64,000 nucleotides of DNA from Desulfomonilia bacterium (GTDB taxonomy: Bacteria > Desulfobacterota > Desulfomonilia > UBA1062), in assembly GCA_050014195.1 (NCBI GenBank), contig JBEKDT010000021.1, positions 1-64,000 on the forward strand, written 5' to 3'. Made by a program: the position numbers and the translations under genes. The notes under the pieces are model-generated. The model did not search any database, was not told the origin of the DNA, and saw only the letters and a program-made list of their open reading frames with translations. Shown one piece after another: positions 28,843 to 38,367 of the stretch (the stretch's first letter is position 1; every line of letters begins with the position of its first letter).

Positions 28843-30705
28843 GTGAAGGTCGCGCTCATACAGTTGCCGCTGCAATCGCACGACTATATCTATTCCCTGG
28901 AGAACATACCTCTGGCTGCCGGCTATCTTAAGTCTTATGCATCAGCCCGGAATGCGCCTGCGGATATTATCATCTGTCCTCAAGACATCGCAAACTTGGG
29001 CGGTGATGCAGCCGTCCTTCGCTGGGTCGAGCATGTCCGGCCCGACATGGTGGGGTTCAGCTGCTATTTGTGGAATGTTCAGCGCACTCTTCACCTCTGC
29101 AGCCTGATCAGACAGCGCCTGGAGGATTGCCTTATCGTACTGGGCGGGCCCGAGGTAACCACTGACAATGATTTCCTTGCAAGCCATGATTGCTTCCACT
29201 TCGGCGTGGTGGGAGAGGGCGAGGAGACCTTTGTGGAGCTGATCCGTTCGGTAATGGATGGGCAAAGGGATTTCCCTGGGGTCAAAGGACTGATTGTGCG
29301 CCGGGACTCGAAGGTGCACTTTTCGGGCAGGCGCGGTCGGATGAAGGACCTGGATGCCATACCGTCGCCCTACCTGAAGGGCTTCATCGGTCCTTCCCTG
29401 AACCGCAGCATGCTCATGGAGACTGTCCGGGGATGCCCCATGAGGTGTACCTACTGCTACTACCACAAGAGTTCCCCGCATGTGCGCGCGTTCGCCATCG
29501 AACGGATCAACGAGGAGTTCACCAGGGCACGAGACGGGCGGCTGGACGAGGTGACGATCATTGATCCGTGCTTTGCCAGGAGGCCCGATCTTGATTCACT
29601 CCTGGCGGCTATAGCCCCGGTACGATCCGGCAGACTCCGTTTCAGCTGCGAGCTGAACGCCGAGGACCTCACCCCCGCAATCGTCGATGATCTGGTAAGG
29701 GCGGGGCTGGCACATGTGGAGATAGGGCTGCAGAGCACCAATGAAAAGGCATTGCGCACTATCGGCCGGCGCTTCATGAGAGATGACTTTATCCGTGGCG
29801 TAAAGATGCTGCGTTCAAAAGGTGTGCGGGTCGTGACCGATATCATGGCCGGGCTGCCAGGAGACACCCTTGATGATGTGAAGCGCTCCATCGACTTCGT
29901 GCTCACGGAAGATCTCTGCGATGATTTAAGCCTCTATCCCTTGAGCATTCTGCCGGGAACGCTGCTCAGACGGCAGGTACGGCACCTCGGCATCAATCAC
30001 CAGTGCGAACCGCCTTACCTCGTTACCCAGACGAGTGATATGGGCTGTGAAGACATCCGGGAAGCCTTTCGCTATGCCGAAGATGCGACCGGCAGGGATT
30101 TCTTCCCCGTAGAGCTTCCGCGTACGGATAGCAGCAAAGTGCACGGACACGGTACAATCATTCATCGGATCGTCATAGACGGAAAGGACGACGGCCCGGA
30201 TGTTTCTCCTGACGAGATCGGACAGGCCCTGTGCATCAAGATCTACAGCCATGACTTCATAAGCGCTCAGGAATCTCTCAAAGAAAGGGTGCAGGCGCTC
30301 CTTGCCAAGAACCCCTTCACCCTGGTGAGCTGGGTCATGCCTGAAGAGGCGTATCGCGGCAGCGAGACAATCGAAGGCCTCTCCTGCCTGTGCAGTAAAG
30401 TAGTGCATCCGTCTGATCGTGAATACATGGCCACCTTCACCCCGGAGAGGTCCTGCCGGCTCTTTCTTGAAGGCAGGACAACCTCGGGAGGGGTCATATA
30501 CACCCAGGTGCCGATTCATCCTGATGCATCGAGACCCATCTGGGCCGGTCTGCCTGTAGATGCCGTGCCCGAAGAAGAGCTGCTGCACAAAGAGCGTATG
30601 GAGAGGCTGTTGGGGTTCAAGCCCGATATCCGCTATCACGATCTGGAAGATACCTCACCCGATGTCCTTGATGATCTGCTCTCTTCGAGATATATCAAGG
30701 CATAA
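28843..30705 (+). CDS. B12-binding domain radical SAM protein
   Basis: PLAAGYL, GFSCYLWN, GGPEV, GEGE, RGCPMRCTYC, EIGLQS, GLPGD; start reassigned to GTG 28843. Confidence 0.88.
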   Translation: MKVALIQLPLQSHDYIYSLENIPLAAGYLKSYASARNAPADIIICPQDIANLGGDAAVLRWVEHVRPDMVGFSCYLWNVQRTLHLCSLIRQRLEDCLIVLGGPEVTTDNDFLASHDCFHFGVVGEGEETFVELIRSVMDGQRDFPGVKGLIVRRDSKVHFSGRRGRMKDLDAIPSPYLKGFIGPSLNRSMLMETVRGCPMRCTYCYYHKSSPHVRAFAIERINEEFTRARDGRLDEVTIIDPCFARRPDLDSLLAAIAPVRSGRLRFSCELNAEDLTPAIVDDLVRAGLAHVEIGLQSTNEKALRTIGRRFMRDDFIRGVKMLRSKGVRVVTDIMAGLPGDTLDDVKRSIDFVLTEDLCDDLSLYPLSILPGTLLRRQVRHLGINHQCEPPYLVTQTSDMGCEDIREAFRYAEDATGRDFFPVELPRTDSSKVHGHGTIIHRIVIDGKDDGPDVSPDEIGQALCIKIYSHDFISAQESLKERVQALLAKNPFTLVSWVMPEEAYRGSETIEGLSCLCSKVVHPSDREYMATFTPERSCRLFLEGRTTSGGVIYTQVPIHPDASRPIWAGLPVDAVPEEELLHKERMERLLGFKPDIRYHDLEDTSPDVLDDLLSSRYIKA

Positions 30706-30800
30706 GTGCACAAGGAAATATCCTGACCTAGGCCTTTTCCCTCAGATACCAAGTTGCGAGCTAACATGTACACACACGCACTGCGTCCCATTCATATAAT

Positions 30801-31353
30801 CCCCCTCTCCCTGACCCTCCCCCGCCAGGGGGGAGGGGATCATCGGCATCTACTGCTGTTGATGATCCACTCCGGCCCACCCGCCAGAGAGAGGGGATCA
30901 TAATATAAGGAGGCGATTCATGTCATTATGAACAGAAACATAAATGTACCTCTAAAAATTGATGATCTCGAAAAAGTATGAGCGATCTCACCCCCAGTGT
31001 CATTCCCGCGGAAGCGGGAATCCAGTTATTTTGAATAGTTCTGGACCCCCGCTCTCCGATCAGGTCGAGGACAAGTTTCGCGGGGGTGACAATAAAAATA
31101 GATTCGTATGAAATCCCCGGCATTATTAGAGGTACCCATAAAATGCTGGAGCTTTACAGCCCCCTCTCCCCTTGCGGGAGTGACTCAGGACATCCATGTC
31201 CCTCGCCCTTCGGGCGAACGTGAAGTACGTCCAATTCGGCTATCCTGCCGAATTGTGGGTTGGGGTGAGGGGTGATGATTAACCGTGTCATACGATATAG
31301 GGTTGGTGGAGCAAGGCGGAACCCACCTGGATTCCCGCCTACGCGGGAATGAC
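30801..31353. repeat. Intergenic cluster of nested palindromic repeats including a ~190-bp MITE-like unit
   Basis: CCCTCTCCC...GGGGAGGG hairpins; GTCATTCCCGCGGAAGCGGGAATCCAG and an inverted copy; GTACCTCTAA (30946) / TTAGAGGTAC (31135) inverted ends. Confidence 0.75.
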
Positions 31354-31410
31354 GCGCTCAGACCATGTAGGGCGGGCGGAGCTTTAAGGGAAACCCGTGA
31401 AACCTTATAA

Positions 31411-32865
31411 TCAGTAATACTCCATAAGCCCGGAGCGGAGAGCCTCGGCCTGGATGATCTTCTGCCACTTCTTTTGAAGGGCATCGGATGGGTCGATGGA
31501 TAAGGCCTTTCCATAGACAGCGTTCATATCCAGGGGAGCCGGATTCTCCAGGAATGCCGTCCTGAAGAGCTCGACCTCGGGCCCCGCGAGATCGATTTCG
31601 CTCATTGCGGTGGCCCGTTCAACCACGATCTTCTTTCCCGATGCAAGCCTGATCTCCTTGAACGGGTTCCGGTAGGTTATTCCGGGCCGCATGGATACGA
31701 GGGCATAGGACAGCTTAAACGCATCAGGCAGAGGACTGATGAGCATAAAGGGCAATGCCGCAATCGAGAGCCTGCCCTTATCAGCGCCCAAGGACCACTG
31801 CGCAGGGTCACACCCTTTGGACACAAGATCAGCAATGATATGCGAGATTGTTTCGGGCTTCCCATCGATGCGGATCATTCTGATCATACCCGCATCGGTC
31901 ACGTCCTCGAACGGCTTTGCCATGAGAGGGGCCCATCTCCTCCGTGAGGATCTGGTCTGGAACCGGTTGCGGTAGACCAGCGAGCAGTAGTTGATGCCCG
32001 GTTTGATCCCCTCTTCCATGGCGCATCTCAAAAGCTTAAGCGCGGTGATCTCGGATTCGAGGATGCCGATCTGGGGACCGTGGAGAAAGGTATACCCGCG
32101 GCCGGATAGGTGTTTGACGTTGTATTTCGTGCAGCGGATCTGGTGGAGGTTCAGGAAGGATATCCCGGAATCGGCCATTTCCCTGATCTTCGCCTTCATG
32201 ACTTCATAATCTTCGGGTATGGCCGGTATCTCGACGGTGACGTTTCCGATGAAGCGGGATGCCGTCCGCGCCCTGGCAAGGTCGTATGCGGTTGCGGTGA
32301 TGTTGAACCGGATTTCATCTAGCCCTGCATCGGCGAGCTTTCTGAACTTGTCCTCGGTTGCCAGGGTGCCGTTGGTATAGAGCCAGAGATAAATGCCCCC
32401 GCCGAAGCGGTCTTTGATGTGTTTGACGAACGAGGCTGTCTTATCAAACGTGAGCAGGGGCTCTCCGCCGCTGATACTTGCACCCGTGAACCCGAACTCC
32501 TCGAGGTAGTCTGCATAGTCGGCAGGCGATGCAAAGGTGAGCGTGCTTGTTCCGGGCTCATCCTGGTTGTCCTGCCTGGCAGGGCAGAAGAAGCACCCGG
32601 CATTGCACAGGTTGTTGATGAACAGGCAGGACCATGACCCTTCTCCGCAGAGCCGGCAGCCCGGGGATAGTTCTCTGGAGAAAGGCTTGGTTCCGTTGAA
32701 TGCAAAGAGGCCGTTTTTTCTGATCCCTTCCAGCAGGTCCCGTCTCAAGCCTTCTGATTCCGTAGCCTCCTGCGGACCGAGCCACTTCATCGTAGCTGCA
32801 TCGGGGCCATATTCATCCGAGTTGCTCTGGATGATGGCGGCACGGTCGAGTTCTGGTATAAGCAT
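31411..32865 (-). CDS. Radical SAM protein of unknown function
   Basis: SPGCRLC, CNAGCFFC, SGGEP, YTNG, GLDEIRF. Confidence 0.88.
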   Translation of the reverse strand: MLIPELDRAAIIQSNSDEYGPDAATMKWLGPQEATESEGLRRDLLEGIRKNGLFAFNGTKPFSRELSPGCRLCGEGSWSCLFINNLCNAGCFFCPARQDNQDEPGTSTLTFASPADYADYLEEFGFTGASISGGEPLLTFDKTASFVKHIKDRFGGGIYLWLYTNGTLATEDKFRKLADAGLDEIRFNITATAYDLARARTASRFIGNVTVEIPAIPEDYEVMKAKIREMADSGISFLNLHQIRCTKYNVKHLSGRGYTFLHGPQIGILESEITALKLLRCAMEEGIKPGINYCSLVYRNRFQTRSSRRRWAPLMAKPFEDVTDAGMIRMIRIDGKPETISHIIADLVSKGCDPAQWSLGADKGRLSIAALPFMLISPLPDAFKLSYALVSMRPGITYRNPFKEIRLASGKKIVVERATAMSEIDLAGPEVELFRTAFLENPAPLDMNAVYGKALSIDPSDALQKKWQKIIQAEALRSGLMEYY

Positions 32866-32876
32866 GGATATTTCCG

Positions 32877-34229
32877 TTAAGAGACTTTGTGCAGAGGGAT
32901 GTCCTTAAGAAGCCTGTTGGCCGGCGATCCCTCCATGGCCCTGCTGAACTCCTTGAGGATACCCTGGAGGTCTTCCGACTCATCTCCTGCAGACATGCCC
33001 ATGCACGAAATACCGTGTCCATCCACGGCCTCTATGACCGAAGCCACGGTGATGGTGCCCGGGTCCCTGGCAGGCATGTAGGCGGATTTATCATTCCCCG
33101 GCGATGCGACCTCAACGAGGATTCCGGTCTCGCACAGCTCGTTGATGATAAGCTTTACGAGTACAAGGGGCAGGCCGAGCTGCCCGGATATGCTCTCAGC
33201 ACTGAGCGGAGGTGATCCTGCGGCAAATCCCGCCACGCAATGGTGTGTTATGGAGAGGCTGACGAGCTTCTTCTGCGAGGGGCTCATCTTGTGCATGTCC
33301 AGCTCGACCCCGCACTCGTGCGCATTCTGAAATGCGTATGACAGCTCGGCCCCGAACAGCACGATGAACCAACTGAGCTCCAGCAATACAAGGAAAAGGG
33401 GCAGGGCCGCGAAACTGCCGTAGACGGCGTTGTACTGGGCCACTCCAACCTGGAAGTAGATGTAGATCCTCTGGACAATGACCAAGATGGTTCCCGCCAC
33501 AAGGCCGGCCGCAAGGCCTGATGAAGGTTTTACCTGCGTGTTGGGTATGAACATATATAAGAACGCAAGCAGGACCCATATGAGGCAATAGGGGATCAGC
33601 TTCACCAATATTGTTATGATGAGGGTGAAAAAGCCGAACCCGATACTGTCGGTGATGGAATGCAGACGTGTCATAACCACGACCGAGACACTGCCGGAAA
33701 TGATCATCAGGACCGGGGCAATGACCATGATGGCAATGTAGTCGCTGAACTTCCTGCTGAGAGACCTCATTCGTGTCACACCCCAGATATTATTAAATGA
33801 CTCCTCGATGTTACCGAGAACATTAATGACCGACCATAGGAGCACGATGATGCCGGCACCGGCAAGCAGCCCGCCTTTTGTGGTTTCGAGGAGGCGTCTT
33901 GAGAACTCCATGACATACACCACCACCTCCTGATGTTCGGACAGGTCTTCCATAAGGCGCTGCTCAAGCAGCTTCTGGAGCCCGAAACCCTTTGCTATGG
34001 CAAAGGCCACCGCAGCTATAGGCACGATGGACATGAGGGAGAAGAAGGTAAGCGCGGATGACCGAAGGGCGCACTCATCGGCCGTATATTTTCTCAAGGT
34101 AATGGATAGTATCCGTAAGGAGGCAACGAAAAACCTTTTCATTCCTGTAAGATCATCAAGTGGTACTTCCCACATGCCCTGCTTCAGGAACGACCTGACG
34201 GCTTCAAGATAATCAACCTTGCCCTTCAT
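32877..34229 (-). CDS. YihY/BrkB family membrane protein with C-terminal winged-helix-like extension
   Basis: SALTFFSLMSIVP, IEESFNNIW, YNAVYGSFAALP, LFGAEL. Confidence 0.88.
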   Translation of the reverse strand: MKGKVDYLEAVRSFLKQGMWEVPLDDLTGMKRFFVASLRILSITLRKYTADECALRSSALTFFSLMSIVPIAAVAFAIAKGFGLQKLLEQRLMEDLSEHQEVVVYVMEFSRRLLETTKGGLLAGAGIIVLLWSVINVLGNIEESFNNIWGVTRMRSLSRKFSDYIAIMVIAPVLMIISGSVSVVVMTRLHSITDSIGFGFFTLIITILVKLIPYCLIWVLLAFLYMFIPNTQVKPSSGLAAGLVAGTILVIVQRIYIYFQVGVAQYNAVYGSFAALPLFLVLLELSWFIVLFGAELSYAFQNAHECGVELDMHKMSPSQKKLVSLSITHHCVAGFAAGSPPLSAESISGQLGLPLVLVKLIINELCETGILVEVASPGNDKSAYMPARDPGTITVASVIEAVDGHGISCMGMSAGDESEDLQGILKEFSRAMEGSPANRLLKDIPLHKVS

Positions 34230-34485
34230 GGATAAGCCCCTCCTCGTCACAATCAAATGCACCCTTCTCCGATTCAAAAAAACCGCAAAGGATGTGATGT
34301 GAACATAGACACATCCTTGAACAATTTCTACCACGATCTCGAATCTATGGGTAGTATCATGTCAAGGGCTTGAGAGGTTTAAACCCTTGAATCATGTGCG
34401 TGGGGCTGCTTAAGCGGATGGAAGAGAAAGGGGCGTCCGGTCGACAGGACCGGTCCTCGCCCGGGGACTTTTATTATGCGTCTTC

Positions 34486-34959
34486 TTAGGCGGACGGCTT
34501 ATCTTCTATGCATACCTCAATGGTGAAGTGGCCGTTGTCCGTTTCGAACGGTATGGCGACGATAGGATGCTTGGTGATGTGGGAGATGGCGTGGTTCTTA
34601 CCCGTGATCACCGTGGGGATCGCACCCCTGAGTGATCTCCCCATAGCCTCCAGCTTCTGCCGCGCCTGGCCGGATACAATGTTTAAGATCTCGCCCACGG
34701 CATCTTTGACTTCATCGTTGATCTCTTTGACCGGCTCACCGAACATATTCCCGACGATGGCGAGGATGCTCTCCTCGGAAAAGCTCACCGAGATGGTGCC
34801 CCTGGCCTCGCCGGAAAGCCCCACGATGCCGGACACATCACCGCTTGCAAGGGAGTCCTTCTTAAGAAAGGGTTTGCCCGCCGTTGCCTTGGTAAAGGCC
34901 AGCGAAGACAAGACATGCAGTGTCGCTTCTATGAACGGGTTGACGAGTTTGACATCCAT
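34486..34959 (-). CDS. cheX: Chemotaxis phosphatase CheX
   Basis: VNPFIEA, DVSGIVGLSG, DAVGEILNIVSG (E-xx-N), PTVITG. Confidence 0.92.
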   Translation of the reverse strand: MDVKLVNPFIEATLHVLSSLAFTKATAGKPFLKKDSLASGDVSGIVGLSGEARGTISVSFSEESILAIVGNMFGEPVKEINDEVKDAVGEILNIVSGQARQKLEAMGRSLRGAIPTVITGKNHAISHITKHPIVAIPFETDNGHFTIEVCIEDKPSA

Positions 34960-35170
34960 ACATACCTCTCATGATTATTGCACCACTCTATGCACTGTTA
35001 ATGCTATCGGCAATGACTTTGAAAAAATGTAGAGTAAAATTGAGTTCCGGCAGAGTTTGCAATCTTCATCCATATAGCGGATCGTCAGGGACTCCAGCTG
35101 ATGGCCACCTTCGGTGTATAGACAAGCATAGCCCTATCTGTTAAACTTAATCATACAAGGAGAAACAACC

Positions 35171-35329
35171 ATGCCTAATAAATATACCGCTATCACAAAA
35201 AAAGAAGGTAAATGGTGGATTGGATGGATTGAGGAAATACCAGGGGTTAATTGCCAAGAGAAAACCCGTAAAGAACTCCTTGAGAGTCTTAAAATTACTC
35301 TGAAAGAATCGCTTGAATTCAACAGGTGA
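35171..35329 (+). pseudogene. HicB/UPF0150-like antitoxin, apparently truncated, no hicA partner
   Basis: MPNKYTAITKKEGKWWIGWIEEIPGVNCQEKTRKELLESL...; AGGAG RBS; 52 aa. Confidence 0.65.
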
Positions 35330-35333
35330 AAAA

Positions 35334-35651
35334 ATGAAGATTGATATGAGCAGACTCAGTGAAGCAGAACTCATCGAGCTTAATAATAGGATCGTGGAAC
35401 GATTGCGATTTCTCAGGCAGATGCGCACACATGAGCAGATGCTTCAGTTCAATATCGGCGAGCGTGTCACTTTTCAACCCGAGGGACAACCGCCGGTTGT
35501 TGGAATGCTGACGCGGTACAATAAAAAGACTGTCACTGTCATCACTGATGACGGGCAGCATTGGAATGTATCTCCGCGCTTCCTCAGTAAAGTTGTTTCT
35601 GAGGGTATGAAAAATACGAAGAACAATGTAATTCGTTTGAAAAAAGATTAG
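35334..35651 (+). CDS. Hypothetical protein (helical N-terminus, SH3-like C-terminus)
   Basis: 105 aa; LSEAELIELNNRIVERL, YNKKTVTVITDDGQHWNVSP. Confidence 0.7.
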   Translation: MKIDMSRLSEAELIELNNRIVERLRFLRQMRTHEQMLQFNIGERVTFQPEGQPPVVGMLTRYNKKTVTVITDDGQHWNVSPRFLSKVVSEGMKNTKNNVIRLKKD

Positions 35652-35778
35652 GGCGTATTCACACCCGACAAAGACCCCATTGGACGGCTTGCAGCCGCAG
35701 CAGATATGCACTGTTCTCCATCGCTTGACATGGTCATTTCAATTGACTACAATGTATGAGCCTGCTTGGAGGATATTT

Positions 35779-36012
35779 ATGAAAACTATGGGAATAAGCC
35801 AATTCAAGGCACATGCCCTCAAGATATTAGATCAGATTGCCAAGACTCATGAGGAAATTATAATAACAAAACGAGGAAAACCACTCGCACAAATTATTCC
35901 ATACCGGAATAAAGATAAGAATCCTATTCCGGGTAAATTAGCCGATGCCCTTGTATTTGAGAAAGATATCATCTCTCCCCTTAGTGAAGAGATGTGGGAA
36001 TCCTGCAAATGA
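35779..36012 (+). CDS. Phd/YefM family antitoxin
   Basis: ISQFKAHALKILDQI, IIITKRGKPLA; GGAGG RBS. Confidence 0.9.
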   Translation: MKTMGISQFKAHALKILDQIAKTHEEIIITKRGKPLAQIIPYRNKDKNPIPGKLADALVFEKDIISPLSEEMWESCK

Positions 36013-36407
36013 AGTACTTGCTCGATACCCATACATGGATATGGTGGCACATGCACCCACAGAAACTTTCAGAAAAAGTATTATCTCTCATTGGTGATAC
36101 AACTAAATACAGTGAATTACTCTTATCTGCAATTTCTCCATGGGAATTCAGCAAACTGCTCGAAAAAGGCAGGATCGGTATTTCATATGATCCGGAAGAT
36201 TGGATTGCTTCAGCACTTGATATGCCAAAACTTAGGCTTGTTCCATTATCTCCGGTAATAGCCTATCGATCAACCGTATTGCCACAACCATTTCATAATG
36301 ACCCTGCAGATCAAATAATTGTTGCTACCGCCCGCGAAGAGGATGCCACCATCCTTTCAAGAGACGAGAGAATCCTGACTTATCAGCATGCCCAGAGTCT
36401 TTGGTGA
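36009..36407 (+). CDS. vapC: VapC PIN-domain toxin
   Basis: LLDTHTWIW, SAISPWE, HNDPADQII, LSRD; ATGA overlap with the antitoxin. Confidence 0.9.
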   Translation: MKYLLDTHTWIWWHMHPQKLSEKVLSLIGDTTKYSELLLSAISPWEFSKLLEKGRIGISYDPEDWIASALDMPKLRLVPLSPVIAYRSTVLPQPFHNDPADQIIVATAREEDATILSRDERILTYQHAQSLW

Positions 36408-36628
36408 CCCCATACAAAAAACGCAGAACAAAGACCTCTTGGCGAACGCAGCGTTTCCGCCGCGCCTGGTGCTCAATTTCTTTATGAGCCTGAAAAATAA
36501 TCAGCGGCTGACTCACCCCAGCGGACCGCACATGCGTGCGGCCGCTGATCCGAACGTGTGTGCCGGGCATGGCACAGTTCCACTTCGAGGAACGAGGTCC
36601 CGGAACGGTTGAAAGGCGCTAAGCCGTC

Positions 36629-36805
36629 ATGAAGATCCTGAAAGCCGGTGTACTCTATTTCGTGCTCGTATTCGGAGCCAGTTTCATCCTCGGCCCTATT
36701 CGTTTACTGTGGGTCGTCCCATATTTCGGCACGAGAATGGCTGAGCTCATGGAAACGCCCATCATGATTGCCGTCATCATGCCTCTTTTCTTGTCTCGAA
36801 GGTAA
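36629..36805 (+). pseudogene. Short hydrophobic membrane-protein ORF, probably internally deleted
   Basis: MKILKAGVLYFVLVFGASFILGPIRLLWVVPYFGTRMAELMETPIMIAVIMPLFLSRR (58 aa). Confidence 0.45.
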
Positions 36806-36882
36806 ACCGCTTATCTGTGGTTATTGACATTTAATAAAAGACAATTATCAGCATAAGAGATTTGACTCAAGGAGGTGTTCCC

Positions 36883-37947
36883 ATGCTGTTCGATAAACTG
36901 AAGATCCGCGATATAACGTTTCGGAACCGGATCGTTGTTTCGCCCATGTGCCAGTATTCGAGCGAAGACGGTTTTGCCAATGACTGGCATCTGGTGCATC
37001 TGGGCAGCAGAGCTGTCGGAGGGGCCGGGTTGATCATCACCGAGGCTACGGCCGTGGAAGCGAGAGGCCGTATCAGTCCCAATGATCTGGGTATATGGAA
37101 AGACGATCATATCCCGATGCTCCGGCGCATAACCGCATTCATGGAGGCGCAAGGTGCGCTCGCGGGTATGCAGTTGGCGCATTCAGGGCGCAAGGGGTCG
37201 ACATACAGGCCCTGGGAAGGCGACTCCTCTGTGGATGAACACCATGGCGGGTGGAAGCCTGTAGTTGCCCCCAGCGCGATCCCTTTTTCACCGAACCATG
37301 CCGTTCCGGAGGCATTGACGGTTCCGGAGATCGCCGAGACGGTAAGTTCCTTCGCAAAGGCTGCACAGCGGGCCCTCGATGCAGGCTTCAAGGTGATCGA
37401 GATCCATGCTGCGCACGGTTACCTCATCCATGAATTTCTTTCACCGGTTGCCAACAAGCGTAGCGATGATTACGGAGGACCGTTCAAGAATCGTATCCGG
37501 ATGGTATTGGAGGTTGTGCAGGCAGTGCGACGGATATGGCCCGAGGAGTTCCCGGTCTTCGTGCGGATCTCCGCTACCGACTGGCTGGAGCCTGAAGGCT
37601 GGGATCTGGAGCAGTCGGTGGAGCTGGCGCGTATCCTCAAAACCGAAGGGGTCGATCTCATCGACTGTTCATCGGGTAATATCGTGCCTGATGTCAAGAT
37701 ACCCGTTGGTCCGGGTTACCAGGTGGTGTTCGCCGAACGCATCCGCAAGGAAACCGGGATCATGACCGGTGCGCTGGGTTTGATAGTGTCGCCTCAGCAG
37801 GCCGAGACCGTCATCCGGACCGGGCAAGCCGACGTGGTGGTGATTGCCCGTCAGTTTTTGCGAGATCCTTACTGGCCGCTGCACGCGGCGGCTGAGTTAA
37901 AGGAGCAGATCAGCTGGCCTGTACAATACAACCGTGCATCGGTCTAG
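36883..37947 (+). CDS. NADH:flavin oxidoreductase (old yellow enzyme, YqjM/NamA-like)
   Basis: SPMCQYS, QLAHSGRK, HAAHGYL, RISATDW, RQFLRDPYW. Confidence 0.93.
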   Translation: MLFDKLKIRDITFRNRIVVSPMCQYSSEDGFANDWHLVHLGSRAVGGAGLIITEATAVEARGRISPNDLGIWKDDHIPMLRRITAFMEAQGALAGMQLAHSGRKGSTYRPWEGDSSVDEHHGGWKPVVAPSAIPFSPNHAVPEALTVPEIAETVSSFAKAAQRALDAGFKVIEIHAAHGYLIHEFLSPVANKRSDDYGGPFKNRIRMVLEVVQAVRRIWPEEFPVFVRISATDWLEPEGWDLEQSVELARILKTEGVDLIDCSSGNIVPDVKIPVGPGYQVVFAERIRKETGIMTGALGLIVSPQQAETVIRTGQADVVVIARQFLRDPYWPLHAAAELKEQISWPVQYNRASV

Positions 37948-37962
37948 GGTAGGCGGGTTTTG

Positions 37963-38278
37963 GGTTTATCACTGTAAAGCATACTCCGATCTTTGAGGAG
38001 CACACAAAGGGATATCTTACCACGAAGAGCTTAGCGCAGCATAGCTGCAACCAAAATGGAGCATGAGGTTCGAGCAGACATAGGAGTACTTCACCACGAA
38101 GAGCACGAAGGACACGAAGAAAGGAAACCTTTTGAAATAGTGGACCGGTTCAAAGAACCCACGATTGTCCGTTCTGCATTTCTTATATTTTTTTCGTGCG
38201 CTTCGTGTCCTTCGTGGTGAGAACAATGGGCTGGGAAAAGGATGCAAGCCATAAAAGTATGCTTCACGGAGAAGAATC
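37963..38278. mobile_element. ~315-bp MITE-like element, copy 1
   Basis: Ends similar to 58995-59306; imperfect 23-bp terminal inverted repeats ending in AAGCATACT. Confidence 0.7.
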
Positions 38279-38367
38279 GTTTTATTTGTCACGGGCGGCA
38301 AGGGACAAGGAAAGAAGCGAAGGCATTGAAACAGAAAGGGGCTTAAACCTTGGTACATCATTCGGAT

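Noticed and set aside
38090-38220. CACGAAG-type short repeats as a CRISPR array
   Set aside because: No constant repeat with regular unique spacers and no cas genes; part of a dispersed element. No CRISPR array was seen in the window
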